Shown here piece after piece: positions 1 through 6,562 of a stretch of DNA of 32,000 nucleotides. Where the stretch lies: contig NC_017459.1 in the NCBI RefSeq assembly GCF_000237865.1, positions 1,440,001-1,472,000 of the forward strand, given 5' to 3'. Origin of the DNA: Haloquadratum walsbyi C23 (GTDB lineage Archaea > Halobacteriota > Halobacteria > Halobacteriales > Haloferacaceae). The notes below the pieces were generated by a model that had not been told where the DNA came from, made no database searches, and was given only the letters and a program-made list of their open reading frames with translations. How positions within the stretch are numbered: the first letter of the stretch is position 1; every line of letters begins with the position of its first letter. The translations under genes and the position numbers were made by a program.

Positions 1-1
1 A

Positions 2-130
2 CTGGTCGTCGGCCCAGCAGAGAGACCTGCCTGCACGATCTACCCGCCGGACGTGGCCGTTCCGTATCGGACGACGACCTGGATTACGGCGTGCGGGAAC
101 TCGTTCGTCAACCTCAACGACTACCGATGA
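2..130 (+). CDS. 3' end of an ORF entering from the left edge, possibly the solute-binding component of the adjacent ABC transporter
   Basis: Frame 2 is open from base 2 and stops at TGA 128-130. This overlaps ATG 127-129 of the ATPase gene (ATGA junction). Only ~42 codons are visible and no motif was recognised, so the role is guessed from operon context only. Confidence 0.25.
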   Translation: MVVGPAERPACTIYPPDVAVPYRTTTWITACGNSFVNLNDYR

Positions 131-903
131 CGACAGCAACGACGGAGCGGGAAGGGTCGGGAGACCATCTCATTAGCGTCGACGACGTCACATTCGGCTA
201 CGGAGAGGTCCCGGTTCTCGAGTCGGTATCGATCGACGTCGCACCCGGAGCCTTCCTCGGACTAGTCGGGCCGAACGGTAGCGGCAAGAGCACGCTGCTT
301 GACCTGATGCTCGGTCTCCGACGACCCGACAGTGGAACAGTTTCGCTGTTCGGCGACCCTGCCCACGAGTTCGACGCCGGTGAGCGAATCGGATACGTCG
401 CACAGGACGCGACGAAGGCGGCGCGCAATATGCCGATCACGGTTCGAGAGGTGGTCAAGATGGGGCGATACCCGCGGCGGCTCTTCGGTCGATTCTCGAC
501 AGCGGACCGGCGAGCGGTCGAGGAGGCACTGGAGCAGGTTGGAATCACAGATCTCTCGTCTCGGCGGGTCGGTCGACTGTCCGGTGGTCAACGCCAACGG
601 GTCTTCATCGCCCGTGCGCTTGCCTCGGAGGCCGACCTGCTTGCACTCGACGAACCGACGGTCGGCGTTGATGCCGAATCCAGAGAGGAGTTCTACAGTC
701 TTATCAACGAACTGAACGCGACTGGACTGACCGTCATCCTGATCGAACACGATATCGGCGTTGTCACCACGCATGCGACGGACATCGCCTGTGTCAATCG
801 CCAGTTGTACTTCGACGGTAATCCGGAGGAATTCGTCGAGACTGATGCACTCTCACAGGCATACGGAAAGGACCAGCACGTTCTCAAGCACGATCATAAA
901 TGA
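127..903 (+). CDS. ABC transporter ATP-binding protein (Zn/Mn ABC-3 type, ZnuC/MntB-like)
   Basis: The ORF-track ORF is 91..903 (GTG). ATG 127 is preferred because of the ATGA overlap with the upstream frame. Motifs present: Walker A GPNGSGKST, ABC signature LSGGQRQR, Walker B LLALDEP, H-loop LIEHD. Confidence 0.9.
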   Translation: MTTATTEREGSGDHLISVDDVTFGYGEVPVLESVSIDVAPGAFLGLVGPNGSGKSTLLDLMLGLRRPDSGTVSLFGDPAHEFDAGERIGYVAQDATKAARNMPITVREVVKMGRYPRRLFGRFSTADRRAVEEALEQVGITDLSSRRVGRLSGGQRQRVFIARALASEADLLALDEPTVGVDAESREEFYSLINELNATGLTVILIEHDIGVVTTHATDIACVNRQLYFDGNPEEFVETDALSQAYGKDQHVLKHDHK

Positions 904-1958
904 TACACACACTACACCGCCTCGGAGAGAGTATCCAATTCGAGGATGCGATTGCATCCCTCCTCCTCACAGTCAATATTTTCGCCCCCATCGAGTGGTT
1001 CCTCGACCACATCTTCGGTCTCGGAATGGATGTGTTGGCCGACCTGCTCGGCACGCCGATGCTTGGATATCCCTATATGCAGCGAGCCTACCTCGCAGCG
1101 GTGTGTATTGCCCTCATCGGGCCGGTCGTCGGGACGTTCCTCGTCCATCGAGAGATGGCGATGATCAGCGACACCCTCGCACACACAGCCTTCGCCGGCG
1201 TCGCCGTCGGATTGTTCCTCAATTCGGTCCTCTCGCTCACGCTGTCCCCGCTGCTCACCGCGTTCGTGGTCGCAGTCGTCACGGCACTGCTCGTGGAGTT
1301 GCTCGTCGAACACGCCGGAGCGTACAGTGACACCTCGCTGGCGATCGTCCTGACGGGCGGGTTCGCCGTCGGCAGTATTCTCATCACTGCAACCGACGGT
1401 GGCATTGCAGTCGGCATCGACGCCTACCTCTTCGGCAGTCTGGCGACCGTCTCGACGGAGAACGTCGGGATCCTCGTGTTGATGAGCGTCATCGTCGGCA
1501 GCCTCGTCACGCTGGCGTATCGACCACTTCTGTACGTCACGTTCGACGCGACGGCCGCCCGCGCGGCGCGACTGAATGTCCGCCTGTACAAACGCCTCAT
1601 GGTCGTGCTCACGGCGCTGGTCGTCGTCAGCGCAATGCAGATCATGGGCGTCATCCTGGTCGCTGCGATGCTTGTCGTTCCGGTCGCCGCCGCGGCGCAG
1701 GTCGCCGGGAGTTTCAAACAGTCCATCTTGCTGGCGATCCTCGCTGCCGAGTTTGCGGCGATAGCCGGTGTGACACTATCGTACGTCTATGCAATTGCGG
1801 CCGGTGGCTCGATTGTCGTCGCGGCGATTGCTGTGTACGCCGTCGCCCTCGGCGTCCAGGGACTGGCGCACCGTCTCCCGACCGTGCGACGGCACCGAAG
1901 CCAACGGCCCGGACAGACCCGAGACGGACTCGAAGCCGACGGAGGCGAGCGAGAGTGA
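900..1958 (+). CDS. ABC transporter permease (ABC-3 family, ZnuB/MntC-like)
   Basis: The ATG overlaps the ATPase stop (ATGA at 900-903). The 352-aa product is a very hydrophobic polytopic protein with many predicted TM helices. It sits directly downstream of the matching ATPase. Confidence 0.85.
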   Translation: MIHTLHRLGESIQFEDAIASLLLTVNIFAPIEWFLDHIFGLGMDVLADLLGTPMLGYPYMQRAYLAAVCIALIGPVVGTFLVHREMAMISDTLAHTAFAGVAVGLFLNSVLSLTLSPLLTAFVVAVVTALLVELLVEHAGAYSDTSLAIVLTGGFAVGSILITATDGGIAVGIDAYLFGSLATVSTENVGILVLMSVIVGSLVTLAYRPLLYVTFDATAARAARLNVRLYKRLMVVLTALVVVSAMQIMGVILVAAMLVVPVAAAAQVAGSFKQSILLAILAAEFAAIAGVTLSYVYAIAAGGSIVVAAIAVYAVALGVQGLAHRLPTVRRHRSQRPGQTRDGLEADGGERE

Positions 1959-2338
1959 CCGTCGACGGACCGGACACCAATACCACGTTGAGCGGGTCAC
2001 AGTCCTACGAATACGTGATCATCGGTTGCGGTATTCACGGAACCTGCCTGGCGAACTATCTCCTTGCCGAGGGAGCGTACAGTCACCAGGATCTCCGTCT
2101 CGTCGACCCTCGCGACCAGTTACTCACGTCGTTCGAGAGGAAAACTCATCAGTGCGGGATGCGAGCGCTCCGGTCGATGTTCGTTCACCACATCAGCACG
2201 GAGCCGTCCTCGCTGGAAGCGTTCGCGGAGGGGGCGAGTCGGGAGTTCCGGGTGCATGTTCAGCATCCATCGTGTCATGAATTACTGAGAGTGAGCCCAA
2301 TCAGTGTTGCATATTTGTCACAGATGCGACTATTTTAG
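1955..2338 (+). pseudogene. N-terminal fragment of an FAD/NAD(P)-binding oxidoreductase (truncated)
   Basis: GTG 1955 overlaps the permease stop (GTGA). A Rossmann dinucleotide motif is present (YVIIGCGIHG). Protein-like, GC-rich sequence ends around 2250-2280 where composition switches to AT-rich. The ORF tail (..HELLRVSPISVAYLSQMRLF) looks like read-through into foreign DNA. Confidence 0.6.
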
Positions 2339-2683
2339 AACCCAGTTTATGATGCCCAGTCACGACGGCAGCGGCTCTCTGTTGGTCACGCTATCAGCTA
2401 TTTGGTGGTTTGTAGGGATCAAGATGCCCAACCTGTGACAGTACGATTTCGAATAGTATAGCGATAGAATATACGACTGAGAACACCTGTGAAGACAACA
2501 TAGAACGTTAAAACGCGACGTATATGGATAGGTAGTGCTCTTGCGGCTATAATGAGTAGGATGTAGTGCCAACTACTGTGACTATCATTCAGGCATCCTC
2601 TGTAAACAGTCACCTATCCAAGTTGGGTACACAACGTGGTCGTATCCACTATGATTATATGTATAGAAGAAATTCCCTCAGTC

Positions 2684-3034
2684 ATGAGCCGGGAACGAAC
2701 TGATTCCGGACAGTACGCTGAGACGGTCACAATCGACCGTGTGCGGCAGGTTTTCAGTACTATCGCTGGCCCAGTTGTGACCAGTGCTGATATTGCATCG
2801 GAGCTCGGTGTGACGGCAGAAGCTGCTCGACGGAAATTGAATGAGTTTCATGATCGGGGGATGCTCGATAAACGGAAGACAGCTGGGCGGAATATCTACT
2901 GGCTTCAACCGGCGGGCGATGTCACAGATATCAATCCGGAAGACCCCGTCTGGGGAACAGACCCAATAACCGGAGATGAGACTGTGAGTGAAGCCGATAT
3001 CGACGACGTGCTGTATGGCGAAATCAATGGGTAG
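2684..3034 (+). CDS. winged-helix/HTH DNA-binding protein, antitoxin-like partner of the downstream PIN gene
   Basis: The ORF is 2636..3034, with the likely start at ATG 2684 (MSRERTD...). It has an HTH-like segment (TSADIASELGVTAEAARRKLNEFHDRGML) and an acidic C-terminal tail. Its stop overlaps the ATG (3027) of the PIN gene by 8 nt, a typical TA arrangement. Confidence 0.7.
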   Translation: MSRERTDSGQYAETVTIDRVRQVFSTIAGPVVTSADIASELGVTAEAARRKLNEFHDRGMLDKRKTAGRNIYWLQPAGDVTDINPEDPVWGTDPITGDETVSEADIDDVLYGEING

Positions 3035-3484
3035 TGCTGTCCAGACATCTCCAGCTATCGTGGATACGGGGATGTTCTTTGCGTATTATTACGAACCTGC
3101 GGAGCAGCGCGCGTGCGCGTGAAACACTTACTTGATAGGATTGTAGATGGAGATCTTCCGTTTGGTCCACTGTTCACCACGCAAGCGGTACTTTCCGAAC
3201 TCGCAACGCTACTCCTCCGGAAGAGTACTCACGACGAAGCACTTCGGGCAGCTACCGAAATTCGTAGTAGCGAGAGCTTCAACCATCTAATCATAGATCG
3301 AATTACCTTCGATACAGCACTAGAGCAATTCGAGCAATACGACGATCAAACAATTTCATTCGTAAATCACACGACAGCTGTATTGGCTGCAGAACGCGAT
3401 ATTGACCACGTTCTATGGTCTGATAAAGACTTTCAAACGTTGGGCTTCACACGTGTATCAGTCGACACTGGGTTACACGCCTGA
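3027..3484 (+). pseudogene. vapC: PIN-domain (VapC-like) toxin gene, frameshifted
   Basis: ATG 3027 opens MGSAVQTSPAIVDTGMFFAYYYEPAEQRACA*, which carries the first PIN acidic motif (IVDTG), and stops at 3120-3122. The rest of the domain (..SELATLL.., DDQTISFVNHTTAVLA, WSDKDF) continues in another frame as ORF 3113..3484. The frame switch lies in the GCGCGT GCGCGT tract at 3109-3120. Confidence 0.65.
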
Positions 3485-3900
3485 GACACGTCACTGCAAT
3501 GCGGTTCGCATCGATTCGATAATGTTCTGTTCAGTTGGAGCGGCGAGATCGCGTCTGCATACGTGACAGATGAGGGATTACTGGTGAGGTTCGAGGACGA
3601 CACGACCGCAGCGGATGCACAGGTTGTCCTCGCGACCGGACTCAATACGGTCCCAGAGCACCCACTAGTCGGCTCCGTCGCCGAGTCGTTGTCACTTGAG
3701 CGGGGGGAGGGGGGCGAACAGCTTTCCCGTCCTCAACGACCGGACGCTCACATGGTGAGGGATCGATGATAGCCGTTCTGCGGTGTACGTTTCGGGAGCG
3801 CTCGTAGAGTCCAGCGTTGGTCCTTTCACCCGGAAATTGTCGGCGCTTGTCGAGTTTCAAAACGGTTCCTTGCGTCACGATACAGAGCCGGTTCAGAAAG
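3485..3900 (+). pseudogene. C-terminal fragments of the same FAD/NAD(P) oxidoreductase (frameshift plus in-frame stop)
   Basis: GC-rich coding resumes directly after the PIN stop. Frame 2 gives ..EGLLVRFEDDTTAADAQVVLATGLNTVPEHPL... After the two G6 runs (3702-3707, 3709-3714) frame 0 gives SFPVLNDRTLTW, then TGA 3756-3758, then ..VYVSGALVESSVGPFTRKLS.. (ORF 3783..4004). The right end is approximate. Confidence 0.5.
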
Positions 3901-4154
3901 AGCACTGTCGACACCCAGAGGGAGGTCTTGAGATTCCGCCGAACGGCGTGACGCTCACGTTCTCGTCAGGTACTCAAAGAACTGAATCTACTCCAATCGA
4001 TTGAACTGACATTCCTTCTGATGACTCGAACGGCGTCCGTATCACCCCGGTCGATTCGTAGCTGAACATGTCCTTGTGCATGCTCGTGGCTCCGTCTTCT
4101 AGCGAAAAATCAGTATCGTAGTCGAGACAGATTTTTCCGTGGTGTAGTGATATC

Positions 4155-4307
4155 TCAGTGGTTCTCGTGGATGTGGTCGCGCAGCGCATCAGTCTTATCG
4201 AACCTCTCGTCGCACTCGGCACACGTGTTGTGGTGAAGCGCGACGTGCTGAGTCACGCCGGCAGCGCTTTGGAACTGTGCATCGCAGTTGGAGCAAGTGT
4301 ACGACAT
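4155..4307 (-). CDS. small (50 aa) protein with two classical C2H2 zinc-finger motifs
   Basis: Hand translation gives MSYTCSNCDAQFQSAAGVTQHVALHHNTCAECDERFDKTDALRDHIHENH*. It contains two C-X2-C-X12-H-X3/4-H units. A TATA-like box lies ~26-30 nt upstream of the ATG. The ORF is below the 60-aa cut-off of the ORF track. Confidence 0.6.
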   Translation of the reverse strand: MSYTCSNCDAQFQSAAGVTQHVALHHNTCAECDERFDKTDALRDHIHENH

Positions 4308-4333
4308 TACATTAATAATTGAGAAGTGTATTG

Positions 4334-4340
4334 TATAAAA
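4334..4340 (-). promoter_or_regulatory. TATA-box candidate for the C2H2 microprotein gene (leaderless-type spacing)
   Basis: The minus strand reads CCCTTTTATACAATACACTTCTCAATTATTAATGTA-ATG. The TTTTATA box ends 26 nt before the ATG. Confidence 0.4.
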
Positions 4341-4422
4341 GGGTTATTAAAAAGTGGGTTACCAGAATTGCCATTGAGTATTAACCTGCTCGCCCAGATA
4401 ACTAATACATGGACAGTCGGGA

Positions 4423-4617
4423 TCACTCATATTCGTAGTAGAGCACGTCAGTGAGCGCTTCAAACTGGCTGTTGTTCAACTCAATGCCTCGCTTGCCTTT
4501 TGACGTGATGTAGTCCTCGATGCAAAGTTCATCAAATACATCGCTTGTAGTGGGGTAGTCATCTGTCTCGATAGCAGATATAGAGAGTGAAGTACCTCGG
4601 GGACAAGCCCCGAGGCT
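4423..4617 (-). pseudogene. 3' remnant of an unidentified gene (no start codon), truncated at a hairpin repeat
   Basis: A 64-codon open frame between two stops reads ..LSISAIETDDYPTTSDVFDELCIEDYITSKGKRGIELNNSQFEALTDVLYYEYE*. It is acidic and protein-like but lacks any ATG/GTG. Its 5' end runs into the CCTCGGGG/CCCCGAGG hairpin at 4595-4615. Confidence 0.35.
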
Positions 4618-4945
4618 TCATCGTTTAGGGTCTGCACCGCACCCGCAGGCGAATTTAATTCTCCTCGACCTTCCCGAGATGGGTCGGCTGGAATTGACAC
4701 CCGAACGCCCGGTGCGTCCGTGAGGGTCGGCGGCTCCACCCCACCCGACAGCACCCGTCTCACCGCCAACAGCGGGTTTTGAGAGGTGCCGCATTTCCAT
4801 TAATTACCTCAGTCAACATTGGATTAAGATCTTTAATCCGTCTTTGAGGGTGCTCTGACTGTGAATTGGTGCATGAAACGAGACTAATTAAATGTTTATG
4901 TCGGCATTCACCCTCGGGGTCACATCAAAGCCCCGAGGCACTCTG
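4585..4945. mobile_element. MITE-like non-coding element: GC-rich core bounded by inverted copies of a hairpin repeat
   Basis: The left end is AGAGTGaagtaCCTCGGGGacaagCCCCGAGG (4585-4615). The right end is CCTCGGGGtcacatcaaagCCCCGAGGCACTCT (4912-4945), the same unit in inverted orientation. A GC-rich, non-coding-looking core lies at ~4620-4790. A third solo copy of the unit is at 24955-24990. Confidence 0.3.
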
Positions 4946-5088
4946 CCTTGCATATCTGTAGATTCTCCTCAACGATCGGCGATCCCCATCGGTGCTCAGC
5001 TACCATCACCGCGAGGAGGGCACGTTTCACTGACGGCTTGTGCATATTCTCCGTCTTCCCTCGTCTATGATAAATTCATGTTATCTCA

Positions 5089-5108
5089 CGTTTACGCCTA
5101 CGTAAACG
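5089..5108. promoter_or_regulatory. palindromic operator candidate upstream of the wHTH gene
   Basis: CGTTTACG-ccta-CGTAAACG is a perfect 8-bp inverted repeat. It ends 31 nt before ATG 5139 and lies just downstream of the AT-rich box TGATAAAT (~5068-5075). Confidence 0.3.
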
Positions 5109-5138
5109 GCTATGTGCGTTACCCGGCATATTGACCAT

Positions 5139-5483
5139 ATGAGTGAGTCAACGCGAACACATCCTGCAGAGGAGAAAGACATGAAGGAAGCGCGCCTAGA
5201 AAACCCCACTGGCGTCCTTCATCTCTTTCAGTACAAGAGCGTCCCTATCCTCATCGACGCTATTCTCACCCTTCCTCCAGGCAGGGAATTCAACAAGACG
5301 GAATTTGCCGATCACGCTGGAGTCACACGCCAGACAGTGAGCAACTGTATTGACTTCCTGCCAGAGACTGAAATCGTTGAAGAAGTCCCGAACACGTCAC
5401 CCCGTTGCTACCGAGTCGCCAAGAGCGAGGCAGTCAAAGAGCTCTTCGAACTCAACAGTGCGCTAAATGCGGCTGGCGAGTAG
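5139..5483 (+). CDS. winged-helix DNA-binding protein (orphan transcription regulator)
   Basis: The ORF is 5112..5483, with the likely start at ATG 5139 (MSESTRT..). It has an HTH-like segment (NKTEFADHAGVTRQTVSNCIDFL) followed by a wing-like ..RCYRVAK... The protein is acidic. Confidence 0.65.
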   Translation: MSESTRTHPAEEKDMKEARLENPTGVLHLFQYKSVPILIDAILTLPPGREFNKTEFADHAGVTRQTVSNCIDFLPETEIVEEVPNTSPRCYRVAKSEAVKELFELNSALNAAGE

Positions 5484-5720
5484 TCAACCGACCGCCACCG
5501 GCGAGGCTGCGGTCTGGACGCTGGATCATCAAATCAACGCTGGTCGTATTCGGGTGATCGAGGACTGCTCGGTATTGGGTTCTGATGTCGACGTAGTGGG
5601 TGGGGTAGTGATTCTGCTGTAACTCGTGGTGCTCTTGAATCGTACGCTCGATACCGCAGTGACAGCGGTCGATGAACCTATCAAGAAGAGACCGCAGGGT
5701 CTTTCTTTTTTTCCTTGGTA

Positions 5721-5939
5721 TTATCCCTCAACGCCAAAATCGAGGTCCTCCGAGAACCGCCACGACTGAGAAAAATAGAGCTTGCACAGCGTGGTGCCAC
5801 TCTTGAATAGCAGATTATCACCGTCGTCGCTAGTGAAGATTCCCCAGAGCAGCCACGAGTTTACCTAGTTCTCCTCAGCGTACCCCTGCCGGACGCCGAG
5901 TTCTCGGGCGAGGACACAAATCCGGTCTTGACTGATCAT
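5721..5939 (-). pseudogene. N-terminal remnant of an AbiEii/DUF1814-type nucleotidyltransferase toxin
   Basis: The minus strand reads MISQDRICVLARELGVRQGYAEEN*VNSWLLWGIFTSDDGDNLLFKSGTTLCKLYFSQSWRFSEDLDFGVEG*. FK(S/G)GT..L...RFSEDLDF is the family's hallmark N-terminal motif. There is an in-frame TAG at 5865-5867 and a stop at 5721-5723. The remaining ~200 aa of the family are absent. Confidence 0.55.
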
Positions 5940-5945
5940 CGCGGA

Positions 5946-6214
5946 TCAGGACCAAATCGATTTGAGCGTCTTCTCCAGGTCACTGACATGGACGATCGTC
6001 CCCTCAATGGATGTCGGCTCGTGCCCGAAGAACTTCCGCTCAGTGACAGTTGTCACTTGGTATGAAATCCCGTGGATCTCCCGGCTCTGGACCCGGTCGG
6101 TGTCACGACGTAGACCATCCGGGGGATCTGCTCAATCAGCCCGTGGTGGCTGAGGGTGCTGTAGTAGCCGATGTTAGTGATTCAGCAAACGTTTGGATGA
6201 ACTGATTCACTCAT
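5946..6214 (-). pseudogene. remnant of an AbiEi-type antitoxin (frameshifted, N-terminal HTH missing)
   Basis: The minus strand reads MSESVHPNVC*ITNIGYYSTLSHHGLIEQIPRMVYVVTPTG.., then in another frame ..REIHGISYQVTTVTERKFFGHEPTSIEGTIVHVSDLEKTLKSIWS*. It ends 7 nt before the AbiEii ATG. Confidence 0.5.
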
Positions 6215-6527
6215 CCGATGCGAGAGAACTATTCTGACTGATGCACGTCTAATTAAAGACCCACTTCTTCTGTGAACTACTATACATCGGCTCGGCGATG
6301 TGCGACACGAGGTTCTGAAATGGGATCTTGATATCCTCACAAACTGAACATGGCGATAGTGCTCTTGGGAGAAACTCCAAGATACTTTACGCTAATCCCT
6401 CTCACTCGACAATTATCCTTTCGGGCTCAGTTGCTTCGGTGCAAGACGTCTCACCGCTGGAATCACCCAAACAGGAAGCTAACACACCTCAGAATAAATA
6501 GACGTTTGGTCTGTTCCCCTCGTGAAC

Positions 6528-6547
6528 AACCCCGAAGGGTCGGGGTT
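6528..6547 (-). terminator. GC hairpin 16 nt downstream of the FAD monooxygenase stop
   Basis: AACCCCGA-aggg-TCGGGGTT has an 8-bp perfect stem. No oligo-T tract follows on the transcript strand, so a terminator role is uncertain. Confidence 0.2.
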
Positions 6548-6562
6548 CTCGCCCTGCTCCGC

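Noticed and set aside
188-1986. Many long ORFs overlapping or antisense to the ABC genes (188..403, 198..548, 262..774, 332..715, 761..1330, 912..1313, 1088..1417, 1424..1726, 1714..1986)
   Set aside because: They are shadow ORFs typical of GC-rich coding DNA. Their R/S/P/T-rich low-complexity translations carry no motifs, and the sense frames have clear ABC signatures. The same applies to antisense ORFs inside nasA1, nirA, nasA2, narK, the MgtC-like gene (9056..9949) and the UPF0104 gene.
2360-2613. Two overlapping minus-strand ORFs (70 and 64 aa) in the AT-rich leader of the HTH/PIN cassette
   Set aside because: They are mutually exclusive frames with non-acidic, odd composition (Y/R/C/H-rich) and no start context. 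They are most likely promoter or spacer DNA.
3974-4222. An 82-aa minus ORF whose middle (HKDMFSYESTGVIRTPFESSEGMSVQ) faintly resembles the N-terminus of TsaA/YaeB-like methyltransferases
   Set aside because: Only ~30 residues are suggestive, and the frame stops at 3974 with no continuation I could follow. Its 5' part overlaps the better-supported C2H2 gene in another frame. At best it is a tiny remnant.
4476-4800. ORFs 4476..4769 and 4618..4800 across the GC-rich core of the MITE-like element
   Set aside because: Their translations are G/R/P/A-rich low-complexity sequences in overlapping frames. The region is better explained as non-coding structured or repeat DNA.
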